From Nemertoderma westbladi (Eukaryota > Animalia > Xenacoelomorpha), in assembly GCA_032718475.1 (NCBI GenBank), contig JAUCBJ010006391.1, positions 1-50,611 of the forward strand: a stretch of DNA of 50,611 bases, given 5' to 3'. Each line of letters opens with the position of its first letter. Position 1 is the first letter of the stretch. The position numbers were made by a program, and so were the translations under genes. Under the pieces are notes generated by a model. That model worked only from the letters and a program-made list of their open reading frames with translations. It had not been told where the DNA came from and searched no databases. Positions 1 to 13,875 of the stretch are shown piece after piece.

Positions 1-187
1 ACCGATAACTTTACTTTACTTTTTCAAGTTACAGGTTAAAGTTCAGTATCTCCAAATCAGGCTGTCACCATAAATATAAATTCTTATAACTAGATGAGCT
101 GCACCCTGCACATTATAACTGCACAAATGTAAATTTATTATAACTAAAGGCATAATCGTACAATATGTTATGTAGTATATAAGCATA

Positions 188-884
188 CACTACATCTCCT
201 GGAATATAGTGTCTTTATTCAGGTACATCCCCCCCCCCCCCCCCCCCTATTTTCTTTTCTACAAATCTTAATGAGATTGCAGGAAATTTGAAACAGAGAT
301 AGTTTCACCTCCCTCCTCCTTGCTGGGTGAGCCAGTATTTTTATTTTCTCTTTCATTCTTTAGCTACAAGCGTTTGAAAAAAATGTCTCCGACGAAATTG
401 CACCAGTTACACCGCAGTTATTCTTCACACTTACTGTGATTTGTTTGTACTATTAGAAAGCTGGTTGTACAAGGATTCCAAATATGTAACACAATGTAAA
501 TTTCGTCGTAAAATAGCTGAGATATGAGCGTTTTAAACTTGCATGGTTTTGCATATGAGCGAGGCTATTTTATTATATTCAACATATTCTGGAATATGTT
601 GTTTATCCCATAAGTAGCTTGGCAACAATGCAACACCTCTTTAATCATACCAGTAGGGCCTACTGGTATGATTAAATACGTATGAGTAGGCCATGATCAT
701 ACTATTACGTAGCTACTCATGCATTAATAAAATGTTCCAGAATATGTTGTATTTATTTAATAGAATAAAATAGCCTCGCTCATATGCAAAACCATGCAAG
801 TTTGAAACGCTCATATCTCAGCAATTTTAAGACGAAATTTAGATTGTGTTACATATTTGGAATCCTTGCACAACCAGCTTTCCA
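188..884. mobile_element. Palindromic MITE, right end truncated (same family as 42178-43027)
   Basis: Starts TA|CACTACATCTCCTGGAATATAGTGTC like the 42178 copy; about 457-600 is the reverse complement of about 730-882. Confidence 0.75.
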
Positions 885-1605
885 TCTGCATGCATACAAA
901 GAAAGACCTCTGCAGTAAAGACCTTAAAAAATGTCTACTGCATGTGAGCATGTCCTCATTTCACTTATACATAGACAGCCATGTTACAAACAAAGGATGT
1001 AACCGTAAAGTGTGTTTTAAATTCGAGGTGTTAGATAAAGGAATGGACTGAAAGTGTCATGATACGTAATTCTTCAGAATCGAATCTTTTATAATATACG
1101 GTACGGTTATGGTATCTGGTTTAAAAGTCTTATTTTCGCATAGTTTATTTTCCGCCAAAAATATCTCTAATTTGTCATCATTTTAGTAGCAATGCAATAT
1201 CAGCAAAATGTTTATATTAGGGGGGGGACTAATTAACCAACAATTTTCGTTCCCTTATTTAGGAGACTTCGTTTTACGAAAAATTATTGACATTTGGTAC
1301 ATATGTATAGAACATGTGGAATGTGGATATAAAATTTTCAATGTGGATGATATTAAACACGAAAACTGACATCGGAAATGAAATCACCAACCAGTCTTTT
1401 CTGAATTAGTCAACCCCCCCCCCCCCCCCCCCCCCGTAACTGGTCATTGTGCAATAAGTATAATATACTTTTGTGTCTATTTAATTTGTCGCTGGCTATG
1501 GCCTTGTGACCGTTATGGCAATTACAGTTATTGTTTCGTTTCTTATTTTGTTTCTACTGATATTGTAATTAATTTTTACAATTAAATATTATTTTTTATT
1601 TGTAG

Positions 1606-4600
1606 GCCACCTGATGTAAATGTAAACGTCAGAGAAGGTATCGTTGGATCTTCCATTATATCACCAAACTTGTCTAACGCTGTCATTCATCAGGTGACAC
1701 CACCAGTTAGTACTGTTTCGATATCTCGCACGTCATCTACAATCTCTCAACCGGTTGTTCCGTCTACAATGCTGGAGATGGAAACACTCTCCCCCACCAT
1801 GAGGGCAATCTCCAGACAATTACCGTCGACACTTATACGATTACATTCACCTGCAACGGATCAGGTAGCTAAACCCCGTTATCGTGATGCTGATTATGTT
1901 GATGATTATGCGTCTTCGCCCATGTTCAGTCAGGATACCGACTCTATTGAATTTCCTAATGCGGTTTGGGATACTATAAACGCCATTGAAGATGAACACC
2001 CCGAAACTGAAGTATTACCTGATAGTGAAATTTCTCGTTCATATCAGGACATACAATTACAGAATAAACTCAAATCGCATGACTCCATATCAAGTGATTT
2101 CCGAAAGGATCTTTCAAGTAAACAACAAAAAAATATACGGTGCTTGAATGTTCACACACCGGTTGACAAGGGGCAGTTATTAGCCCCTGAAACTATGCAA
2201 AAGGTCCGATCATCTTCTGAAATGTTTGGAGCTCAAGCGGTTGTTGATTCGCCAATAGTTAACAGTCCTCACTTGACTGACCCAAATGTCGCCAATAGGA
2301 ATGTACCGCCAGGTTTTCCTTCCACCCATAAACAAACTCCTTTAAGTAGAGGGCAGCTTTTAGCTCCAGAAACTGTCGACAGGTTACATAATATGTCTGG
2401 CGATATATTTGCCACTCAAGCAGTTGTTGACTCGCCAATGGTAGGGAATAGTCCTAATTTATCACGATATAAATCGTGGCCTACTATTCACGTTCAGGAC
2501 ATTACCGAAAATCTTCATCAGAAATCGCAGCGACAAATTGATAGTACAGCATCTAGACTTAATTTTGACAATTGCAGCATGTTGTCTGAGCCTAAAAGTG
2601 AGGGTATTATGTCAAGGGAGAACATAGTAACAAGAGAATCGCCGCTTAAATCTTCCAAAGACTCCTCGAGTTGTAAGAAATTGGACAACACGTTAAGTGG
2701 CGACAAGAGTAGTGTATCGCAATCGAAAGGGGTTTTCAAGGTCTGCACATTTGTAAGAGGTTCCTATCCGCCTCATGGATTCCCGAAGAAACACTCACTA
2801 CCTCATAGGTCTACCACTAGTGTAAAGGAATCGAGGTTATCTGTTTCGGTAGAAACTCAAACTGATGAACTTATTGTTACCTGTTGCTCTTGTAAAACCG
2901 GCGTTAATGTGAGTACACTCGAATCTGAGGGGGGGACGAGTTGGCCTTCAAGAAGGAAGACGTTACAAAGATTAGAAGACGTAGAAGCATACGTTTGTCA
3001 CCAAACAGACCAAAGTTATGGTGTCGAGCTAGTTGTTGGTAAAGACACCGACCTAAATAATGTTCAACCAACCATGGTAGATGAGGAAGTAGTTCCATAT
3101 GTTGCAATCACTCCGCAACTTTCTCCCACACACCCCAATCAAGACATGCGACATGAAATGCCTTTAGTGGTTAATGATAAACAATTGAGTGTGGAATTGC
3201 CAGAAAAGGGTGACGATATTCTTAGCAACGAGGTAGAACGACTGAGTCATCATGAAGTGCTGATGGCTGACAGTTCGGTGTCTGCATTCTCTGCTACATC
3301 GGGTCTTGGAGATATGTGTTCTAAATTTAGTCTTGCATCATCTTCACAGCCGGATGACTATGTTAATAAAGATAGCGTGAAATCTCTTCCCAATGATGGA
3401 ATTAGTGCTCAAAGTGGACTTTTAGAAGAAGTTTGTGTAGAAGACTCCCCAAAGCTCAATAGATCTGTATCTAGTATCTTAGACACCAAATCTTATTTTT
3501 CTATTAGGGATGGTGGCCAGCATAAACTAAGATCATCTAATTCTAAAAGATCTTTAGGTAACATTACTGATCAGGCTAATAGTACCACCCATCAGTCATT
3601 TGACTGCAATATTGGCGATTATGCTACTAAAGTGCAATCAAATGTATTGGATGCTTCTAGTGTCATTGTCAACAGATCCCAGCTTATGGACGGTATGTTT
3701 AGTTTGGAGGACAACTCCCAAAACAGTGTAGTATTAATAAAGGATGGTGCTGAGAGTGTTTTAACTCGTAGCAGTTTGGGTGACAATACTTCATCAAATG
3801 CGAACAAAAATGTACCCATTGGTGTGGTTGATGCTTTCACCGATGTAGTTATTGAGGGTGGTAAAGTGAATGCCAACACTAACAGACTTTCATCGTCTCC
3901 TATTAGTATCTCACAAACTGACTTTCATGAGATTGACAATAATGCAGTAGATAAGAGGACCAGTCCATCGCACACAAACACAGCAAGCAGCAAGACAAAT
4001 TGTGATACAAACGGCTCTAAGTGCGATACATCGGCACAGAGCAATACTTCTGAAACGAACCCAAAAAGAAATCGACTACGGAAACGAAAGGCTAAATCTG
4101 CTCAACTTAGTCAACAAAGCAACCCCTCCAATGCAGTTCCATCAACAGCATCAACTGATGATTTACTGGCAACTAACGGTGACGATGTTGTTGAACCAAT
4201 TACCAAGCGAAGTAAAAATGTATTTCTGTTAGACGATGTCATGGGTGCAGTGGAAACTGCCAACAATTCAAACATGCTTGAAGAACTTCCTTTCGATCAA
4301 GTTAGATATAATGATAACATCTCTACTTATCCAGAAGCATCGTTAATAAAATGTAGAAATGTGGAAAAGCTCGATCAAGCTTCACTTCCACAAGACGAGG
4401 ACGCGATAATCGATAATGAGCCAGATTATTTACAGATGGGTGATGATGATGATCACTTTACATCAGTGTCTCAATTTAACTGTGTAGTTGGAAATGAAAA
4501 ATCCACGAATGAGGTTTCACACGATTTTCAACAACCGGATGCTTGTAATGTAATTATAGAAGAAAATTACAAAGGCTATCCAAATCCTGTAACACATCTT

Positions 4601-6097
4601 TATAATGAAATGAACAATTTTGAAGCCATAAGTTTGAAACAGAATGATCCCCATTTGCAGGACACTTTGATATTGGATGACGATCTGGAGACTCAGATGA
4701 ACGAGAGTTTCGTGGCTCCTACTCCTGTTAAAGAAGTCGCTCTACTTGGGTCTTCCTTTCCGGACTGTCCTGCCGTCGCTTGCGAGGCTACCGAAGAACA
4801 CGAGAACGACGAGTTGATTTGGTCGAATTGCGACGCCCTCGATGATGACGTGTGCTTACTAGTTGGTGCGGATGACGAGAGCATCGATGCTGGTAAGGTA
4901 GAACAAACCACAAACATCACGGATTTTGAAAATGACGTCAGTAAATCTGTTTTTGGGGAATCTATTCGAGATGGTTTAAGTATAATTGGTAAACGAAATG
5001 CAATCACCGATGAAGTTTCAGTGAATGAAATTCCACCAGAGTTACTCTTAGAGACGCAGTTCACTGGCGATGAGCACGCCGAAATTAATCCGCCTGATAT
5101 TAATGTCGACCCAGCTACCACGCCCATGAAAAAAACCAACAGACCATCTGCGTTTTATACACCTGTTAATCGAAACATCGGAAGTCGCCCAAACAATAGC
5201 GCTAGATCTGAAAAATCGGTGCGAAAACAAGTCTTGGTTGCCAAAGACCTGGATGGGATGGAAGCTGTAGATGATACGGCACAACCGACTGTCATCTTCG
5301 ATAAATGTCCGTACAACGAAGACGAATTGAAACAAATTCGCCCCCAATTCCAAAGCGCGTCGAAAACACTTAAAGAACGCGGAGACCACAACCGATCTGT
5401 CGAGCGGGAGGCCCCACGGCGTCAAATGTCCATAGTAGTTTCGGGTATGGACAAAGACCAGTTTAAGCGACTCGTCGAATTCCAACAGAAATTCAAATGC
5501 TCTATTTCCAGATCGTTTAAAGTGGATATGACCACTCACGTAATAATGAAGACATCACCGGGTAGTTTAACCTGCGAGCGAACTCTTAAATACTTTATGG
5601 GTATTTGTCAGGGGTGTTACATCATTAGTTTCGAGTGGATTGTGGAATCGTTGAAACTCGGTCGTGTAGTGGATGAGGAGGAGTTCGAGTTAAACAACGA
5701 GGGTGGTAGTGGCGTTCCGAGGATGGCGAGACTCCATCGCTCGCAAGGAAGTCCGAGACTTATATTCTCAAACTTCCAGGTAGCGTTGTTCGGAAGAATT
5801 CCTGACCTTCCCAAGGACGACCTGCATTGGATGCTGTTACAGTTTGGGGGTACGGTAGTTGATAATGTCACCAACTTGGTACCCCCCTCGGGTAAACAGG
5901 CGTTGATTTTAACTCAACCCCTTTCTACAGATGATGTTGAATCGGCTTCTAAACTCTCTCAATTATCTTCAGACTATAAAGCCCGCGTATTGTCCATTCA
6001 TTGGCTCCTTGACTCTATAAATTACTATTCTTCCGATACCTGTGACTTTTCTCGGTATGAAATTGTCCCTTTCATTAGTTCGTTGATCGCAATTTAA
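1606..6097 (+). CDS. BRCA1: BRCA1 homologue, large terminal exon (long low-complexity S/T/D-rich region plus tandem BRCT); RING-coding exons not seen in window
   Basis: Acceptor tttttatttgtag at 1604-1605, open frame to TAA 6097. C-terminus MSIVVSG...TTHVIMKT...CERTLKYFMGI...W...L.WMLLQFGG.VV...WLLDSI matches BRCA1 BRCT1/2 (human MSMVVSG, TTHVVMKT, CERTLKYFLGI, WVLDSV). Basic NLS-like PKRNRLRKRKAK. The ORF-track start at 1670 is a TTG, not a real start. Confidence 0.88.
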
Positions 6098-6577
6098 ATC
6101 TATGCAGTATATTTATAGCAATTTAATACAATAAGTTATCCAATTTTCTGTAAAGGTGGAGGGGGGAGGGGGTAAGTTGGTATGAAGCCATAGAGCCAAA
6201 TATTACGAACCGATTAACAGACCACAGACAAAAATATTTGAGCGGGAAGGTTCAAACTTTAAAGCAAAATATCTCAGAATTACATTTTTAGATTTTTCAA
6301 TTTTTCAAAATACTCCTCCGCCATTTTTCACTCAAATTCGATAATTGATAGCTCGTTTGAAATGTTTTTTTGAAGATATTGAAAAACTCTCCAGCACATT
6401 TAAAATAATTAATTAAAAATTGATGATTTAAAAAATAGGCTGGAAAGTTTTTGTAGATTCGATGAATCCAAGAAACTTTGTTTCAAAAAAGTTCTGATAA
6501 AGATTAAGGGAGTAGTAATGTTTTTACTGAAATATTTAATTCTGCCGCTCGCCACTTGAGGGATACAAAAAATTTCA

Positions 6578-7137
6578 ACTCCATTTTTGGTGCTCTTTGA
6601 CCTCCCCCACTTTGGCTTCATTTTTGTTGCTCTTTGACCTTCCCCACGTTGGCTCCAATTTTGTTGCTCTTTGACCTCCCCCACGTTGGCTCCATTTTTG
6701 TTGCTCTTTGACCTCCCCCATTTTGGCTCCATTTTTGTTGCTCTTTGACCTCCCCAATTTCGGCTCCATTTTTGTTGCTCTTTGACCTCCCCCACTTTGG
6801 CTCCATTTTTGTTGCTCTTTGACCTCCCCCACGTTGGCTCCATTTTTGTTACTCTTTGACTTCCCCCACGTTGGCTCCATTTTTGTTGCTCTTTGACCTC
6901 CCCCACGTTGGCTCCATTTTTGTTGCTCTTTGACCTCCCCCACGTTGGCTCCATTTTTGTTGCTCTTTGACCTTCCCCACGTTGGCTCCATTTTTGTTGC
7001 TCTTTGACCTCCCCCACGTTGGCTCCATTTTTGTTGCTCTTTGACCTTCCCCACGTTGGCTCCATTTTTGTTGCTCTTTGACCTTCCCCACGTTGGGTCC
7101 ATTTTTGTTGCTCTTTGACCTCCCCCCACGTTGGCTC
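6578..7137. repeat. 37-bp minisatellite (CCCCCACGTTGGCTCCATTTTTGTTGCTCTTTGACCT), about 15 copies
   Basis: Direct reading; minus-strand ORFs repeat every 37 aa (three units). Confidence 0.95.
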
Positions 7138-8302
7138 GATTTTTGTTTCACCCCCAAGTTGGTTGAACACAACATAACAGTGCTACTTACGTACCACACC
7201 ATATTAGAGCTGTTTTAAAAAATCCCCCCTCCACCAACCCTTGAATTAATGTAGGCCTACATGTAGTTTGACGTGCTTAGTGAGGTTATGCATGATACTT
7301 AACTTAGTTAAGGAGTATTAAGGTACAACATTGCTCTGTTTATAAACTGGACCAATAATAACAAATTATTTTGATTATTTTATTATTTATTTTTGAATTG
7401 TTTATGCAATAAATTGTGTGTAAGTTGAAATGCGTCTCCGAGACAGTCTCACTGGTTATGGTTAGTCTTACTAATTCTACGAATTTTTATCTCTATTTAA
7501 TTATAAAGGAAAATTCGCTAAGAAAAACAGTCATATTTTGCCGAGAAATAATTTTACTAACGAAAACTCTAAAGTTATTTCTGTTTATATTTAATTTTTG
7601 TGTTGTAGGACTATATATTTATATGAAATAAATGTTTATTTATATTTATAAACGGTTTAGATGTAACATGATTAATTTTTTTTATGGTCTCTATCTAATG
7701 ACACGACCCCCTCCCTGATTTGTCTGCATTGTTAATGAGATAGCAATGCAATTTGAAGTAGCGATAATTTTAAGCCTCCCTTTTTTTACTGATCGAAATT
7801 GTTAACAATAATTACACTACTATGTCCACTACTAACAACTGTACCAGTACTCGACTACTGGCAATGAAATCGATATTAAGAAATCCTTTAAAAACGCATT
7901 TCCATCGGTACACTGTAGAATAGGAACGACCGACCGGTAATTGAGCGGTACCTGAGCGGTTTACAGCTGTACACGTTTAAAGCTGCATCATTGGTGAAAG
8001 GAATCAGAGCAACCGGAATATTATATTATTCTACTGTAAAGCCGTAGGAAGTCGGTTGAATTGACAAGATGACTGAATACAATGTTTGTATTTGGTGAAT
8101 GCCTACGTATTTAAAACAACCACATAAAAAATGTATTTTTAATTCGTCAAAATTTTCAAAAAATTGTGGTTCAAAGTGGGGTTCTAATCTTTAAAATTTA
8201 TACAGTCTTGAAAATATAATAATATTTATGAAAAGTTAACATAAAGCGGCTGCATCTCGAATAGTACCGTACATAATGTATATTTTTCAGAACGCTTTTT
8301 GT

Positions 8303-11300
8303 CCTCTAAGATCTAAGTTACCAAGTTCGTCTAAGATCTAAGTTAGTCTAAGATCTAAGTTACTAAGTTCATTTAAGATCTAAGTTACCAAGTTCGTCTA
8401 AGATCTAAGTTACCACGTTCGTCTAAAATCTAAGTTACCAAGTTCGTCTAAGATCTAAGTTACCAAGTTCGTCTAAGATCTAAGTAACCAAGTTCGTCTA
8501 AGATCTAAGTTACCAAGTTCGTCTAAGATCTAAGTTACTAAGTTCGTGTAAGATCTAAGTTACCAAGTTCGTCTAATATCTAAGTTACGAAGTTCGTCTA
8601 AGATGTAAGTTACCAAGTTCGTCTAAGATCTATGTTTATGTTACCAAGTTTCTCTAAGATCTAAGTTACCAAGTTCGTCTAAGATATATGTTACCAAGTT
8701 CGCCTAAGATCTAAGTTACTAAGTTTGTCTAAGATCTAAGTATCCAAGTTCGTCTAAGATCTATGTTACTAAGTTCGTCTAAGATCTATTTTCCTCTAAG
8801 ATTTATGTTCATCTAAGATCTATGTTTGTCTAAGCCCATGTTCGTCTAAGATCTATGTTCGTCTAAGATTATTCTCGTCTAATATCTATCTTCCTCTAAG
8901 GTTTAAGTTCATCTAAGATCTAAGTTACCAAGTTCGTCTAAGTTACTAAGCTCGCCTAACATCTAAATTACCAAGTTCATCTAAGATCTGAGTTACTAAG
9001 TTCGTCTAAGGTCTAAGTTACCAAGTTCGTCTAAGATCTAAGTTACCAAGGTCGACTAAGATCTAAGTTACTAAGTACGTCTAAAATCTAAGTTACCAAC
9101 TTCGTCTAAGATCTAAGTTATTAAGTTAGTCTAAGATCTAAGTTACCAAGTTCGTCCAAGATCTATGTTACCCAGTTCGTCTAAGATCTAAGTTACTAAG
9201 TTCGTCTAAGATCTAAGTTCGTCCAAGATCTATGTCGTCTAAGACCTATGTTCGTCTACGATCTATGTTCGTCTAAGATCTAAGTTCGTCTATCTAAGTT
9301 CGTCTAAGATCTAAGTTCGTCTAAGACTTAAGTTGCCATGTTCGTTTAAGATCTAAGTTCGTCTAAGACCTAAGTTACCATGTTCGTCTAAGATCTAATT
9401 TACTAAGTTCGTCTAAGATCTAAGTTTGTCTAAGATCTATGTCGTTTAAGACCTATGTTCGTCTAAGATCTATGTTCGTCTAAGATCTAAGTTCGTATAA
9501 GAGCTAAGTTTCCATGTTTGCCTAAGATCTAAGTTACTAAGTTCGTCTAAGATCTAAGTTCATCTACGATCTATGTTTGTCCAAGATTTATTTTCGTCGA
9601 AGATCTAAGTTCGTCTAAGATCTATGTCGTCTAAGACCTATGTTCGTCTAAGATCTAGGCTCGTCTAAGATCTAAGTTTGTCTAAGACCTAAGATACCAT
9701 GTTCGCCTAAGATCTATGTTACTAATTCTATCTAAGTTCATATACGATCTATGTTCGCCTAAGATCTATGTTTGTCTAAGATCTATGTTCGTCTAAGATC
9801 TAGGTTCGTCTAAGATCTATGTTCGTCTAAGATCTAAGTTCATCTACGATCTATGTTCGTCTAAGATCTATGTTCGTTTAAGATCTATGTTAGTCTAAGA
9901 TCTATATTCGTCTAAGATCTATGTTCGTCTAAGATCTAAGTTCATCTACGATATATGTTCGTCTAAGATCTATGTTCATCTAGATCTATTTTTGTCTAAG
10001 ATCTAAGTTCGTCTAAGATCTATGTTCGTCTAAGAGCTATGTTCGTCTAAGATCTAAGTTCATATACGATCTATGTTCGTCTAAGATCTATGTTCATCTA
10101 AGATATACATTCGTCTAAGATCTAAGTTCTTCTAAGACCTAAGTTACCATGTTCTCCTAAGATCTAAGTTACTAAGTTCATCTAAGATCTATGTTCGTAT
10201 ATGATATATGTTCGTCTAAGATATAAGTTCGTCTAAGATCTATGTCGTCTAAAATCTAAATTCGTCTAAGATCTATGTTCGTCTAAGATCTATGTTCGTC
10301 TAAAATCTTGTTACTAATTCTATCTAAGTTCATCTACGATCTAAGTTCATCTACGATCTCTGTTCGCCTAAGATCTATGTTCGTCTAAGATCTATGTTCG
10401 TCTAAGATCTAAGATCGTCTAAGATCTATGTTCGTCTAAGATCTAAGTTCGTCTAAAATCTATGTTCGTCTAAGATCTATGTTCGTTTAAGATCTATGTT
10501 AGTCTAAGATATATATTCGTCTAAGATCTATGTTCGTCTAAGATCTAAGTTAATCTACGATCTATGTTCGTCTAAGATATATGTTCATCTAAGATCTATT
10601 TTCGTCTAAGATCTAAGTACGTCTAAGATCTATGTTCGTCTAAGATCTATGTTCTTCTAAGATCTAAGTTCATCTACGATCTATGTTCGTCTAAGATCTA
10701 TGTCGTCTAAAATCTAAGTTCGTCTAAGATTTATGTTCGTCTAAGATCTATGTTTGTCTAAGATCTATGTTCGTCTAAAATCTTGTTACTAATTCTATCT
10801 AAGTTCATCTACGATCTAAGTTCATCTTCGATCTCTGTTCGCCAAAAATATATGTTCGTCTAAGATCTATGTTCGTCTAAGATCGGCTAAGATCTATGTT
10901 CGTCTAAGATCTATGTTCGTCTAAGATCTAAGTTCGTCTAAGATCTATGTTCGTCTAAGATCTATGTTCGTTTAAGATCTATGTTAGTCTAAGATATATA
11001 TTCGTCTAAGATCTATGTTCGTCTAAGATCTAAGTTCATCTACGATCTATGTTCGTCTAAGATCTATGTTCATCTAAGATCTATTTTCGTCTAAGATCTA
11101 AGTACGTCTAAGATCTATGTTCGTCTAAGATATATGTTCTTCTAAGATCTAAGTTCATCTACGATCTATGTTCGTCTAAGATCTATGTTCATCTAAGATA
11201 TACATTCGTCTAAGATCTAAGTTCTTCTAAGACCTAAGTTACCATGTTCTCCTAAGATCTAAGTTACTAAGTTAATCTAAGATCTAAGTTCATCTACGAT

Positions 11301-13228
11301 CTATGTTCGTATATGATCTATGTTCGTCTAAGATCTAAGTTCGTCTAAGATCTATGTTCGTCTAAAATCTAAGTTCGTCTAAGATCTATGTTCGTCTAAA
11401 ATCTTGTTACTAATTCTATCTAAGTTCATCTACGATCTAAGTTCATCTACGATCTATGTTCGTCTAAGATCTATGTCGTCTAAAATCTAAGTTCGTCTAA
11501 GATCTATGTTCGTCTAAGATCTATGTTCGTCTAAAATCTTGTTACTAATTCTATCTAAGTTCATCTACGATCTAAGTTAATCTACGATCTATGTTCGTAT
11601 ATGATCTATGTTCGTCAAATATCTAAGTTCGTCTAAGATCTATGTCGTCTAAGATCTAAGTTCGTCTAAGATCTATGTTCGTCTAAGATCTACGTTCGTC
11701 TAAGATCTATGTACGTTTAAGATCTAAGTTACTAAGTTCATCTAAGATGTAAGTTCATCTACGATCTATGTTCGTATATGATCTATGTTCGTCTAAGATC
11801 TAAATTCGTCTACGATCTATGTCGTCTAAGATCTAAGTTCGTCTAAGATCTATGTTCGTCTAAGATCTGTGTTCGTCTAAGATATATGTTCCTCTAAGAT
11901 CTATGTTACTAATTATATCTAAGATCTAAGTTCATCTGCGATCTATGTTCGCCTAAGATATATGTTCATCTAAGATCTATGTTCGTCTAAGATCGTCTAA
12001 GATCTATGTTCGTCTAAGATCTATGTTCGTCTAAGATCTAAGTTCGTCTAAGATCTATGTTCGTCTAAGATATAAGTTCATCTACGATCTATGTTCGTCT
12101 AAGATCTATGTTCATCTAAGATATATTTTCGTCTAAGATCTAAGTTCTTCTAAGACCTAAGTTACCATGTTCTCCTAAGATCTAAGTTACTAAGTTCATC
12201 TAAGATCTAAGTTCATCTACGATCTATGTTAATCTACGATCTATGTTCATATACGATCTATGTTCATCTACGATATATGTCGTCTAAGATCTATGTTCGT
12301 CTAAGATCTATGTTCTTCTAAGATCTATGTTCGTCTAAGATCTAAGTTCGTCTAAGATCTATGTTCGTCTAAGATATAAGTCCATCTACGATCTATGTTC
12401 GTCTAAGTTCTATGTTCATCTAAGATATATTTTCGTCTAAGATCTAAGTTCTTCTAAGACCTAAGTTACCATGTTATCCTAAGATCTAAGTTACTAAGTT
12501 CATCTAAGATCTAAGTTCATCTACGATCTATGTTCATCTACGATCTATGTTCATCTACGATATATGTCGTCTAAGATCTATGTTCGTCTAAGATCTAAGT
12601 TCATCTATGTTCGTCTACGATCTATGTTCGTCTAAGATCTAAGTTCGTCTAAGATCTATGTTCGTCTACGATCTATGTTCGTCTAAGATCTTTGTTCATC
12701 TAAGATCTAAGTTCGTCTAAGATCTAAGTTACCAAGATCGTAAAGATCTAAATTACTAAGTTCGCCTAAGATCTAACTTCATCTAAGAAATAGGTTTCCT
12801 CTAAGGTCTAAGTTTGTCTAAGATCTATGTTCGTCTAAGATCTATGTTCGTCTAAGATCTATGTTCGTCTAAGATCTATGTTCGTCTAAGATCTATGTTC
12901 GTCTAAGATATATGTTCGTCTAAGATCTATGTTCGTCTAAGATCTATGTTCGTCTAAGATCTATGTTCGTCTAAGATCTATGTTCGTCTAAGATCTATGT
13001 TCGTCTAAGATCTATGTTCGTCTAAGATTTATGTTTGTCCAAGATCTAAGTTCATATAAGATCTATGTTCGTCTATGATCTATGTTCGTTAATATATATG
13101 TTCGTCTAAGATCTATGTTCGTCTAAGATCTAAGTTACCATGTTCGTCTAAGATCTAAGTTCATCTACGATCTATGTTTGTCTAAGATCTATGTTCGTCT
13201 AAGATCTAAGTTCGTCTAAGATCTATGT
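8303..13228. repeat. About 4.9-kb satellite of 25-bp (AAGTTACCAAGTTCGTCTAAGATCT) and 17-bp (GTTCGTCTAAGATCTAT) units
   Basis: Direct reading; AGATCT core in most units; no ORF of 60 aa or more. Confidence 0.97.
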
Positions 13229-13277
13229 ACGTAAGGTGAAAATCTACGTGTGTCGTCTAAACATTACGTTTTTACAG

Positions 13278-13337
13278 ATCTTGAGTCTTTGTTTTGTACT
13301 CACCCCGTCAGTCAGCTGCACCAAGCTGCACGTGCAG
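13278..13337 (+). CDS. Candidate 60-nt exon of an unidentified small gene (LESLFCTHPVSQLHQAARA)
   Basis: Flanked by ttttttacag-type acceptor (AG 13276-13277) and CAG|GTGAGC donor; open frame; no recognised homology. Confidence 0.3.
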
Positions 13338-13604
13338 GTGAGCCTTGGAGTAGAGCGAAGCAGGACCTTATTGACCCTGGAAATTTATCACCCCTATAAA
13401 TAGCATTTTTGTTGGGAACTTATCGCTCTCCTGTCATTATTATACAGGATACATTCCCCCAACCTTCCCCTACTTCCTCTAAGTCACATATTTTAGTATT
13501 TTAGTAAAAGTTTACTGTTACTGTTATATTCATACTCAAATAGTTTCTTTCTGAGGAGTCCTACAATTACAAATAATTCATATTCAATTCAATTCATAGA
13601 CTGA

Positions 13605-13655
13605 GCAGCCGCTTGGTCTAATGGTAACAATCTGGGCTTTCATTCAGGAGGACCC
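13605..13655 (+). other. tRNA-Glu-like 5' half (possible SINE head or tRNA fragment)
   Basis: A-box-like TGGTCTAATGGTA, then CTGGG-CT-TTC-AT-TCAGG anticodon-like arm and AGGACCC; no B box or T arm follows. Confidence 0.35.
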
Positions 13656-13875
13656 ACCTTTACTGGTCGATAAATAAGAACCACGGAAGGGTTTTACTCT
13701 CGAAGATCGATCACCCATCATGGTGGTGAACATGCATTCCTTTAGGAAACAGAGTAGACGAATTTATACGATAAATCACCCCGCGGTGAACAGACATTCT
13801 CTGGCTTACTAGGCCTAAACGTTTCGCCGATTCAAAATTAATATTTGTCACAGTGGCGATAAGGTACCAGAGGGA

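Noticed and set aside
857-1051. Cys/His-containing ORF as BRCA1 RING exon
   Set aside because: Spacing does not fit C3HC4; starts inside a MITE arm at a TTG.
2518-5874. Antisense and alternate-frame ORFs within BRCA1
   Set aside because: Shadow ORFs with no recognisable motifs.
6409-7202. Minus-strand ORFs up to 253 aa
   Set aside because: Translations of the 37-bp repeat; all frames give the same periodic peptide.
8069-8110. MTEYNVCIW-TGA as Ras start or CxxU selenoprotein
   Set aside because: No P-loop follows and no supporting downstream fold or SECIS recognised.
13304-13376. Minus-strand exon candidate (cag...GTGAGTA)
   Set aside because: Good splice signals but no partner exons found; the plus-strand model links more signals. 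Not excluded.
13605-13655. Functional tRNA-Glu gene
   Set aside because: No T arm, B box or 3' acceptor stem.
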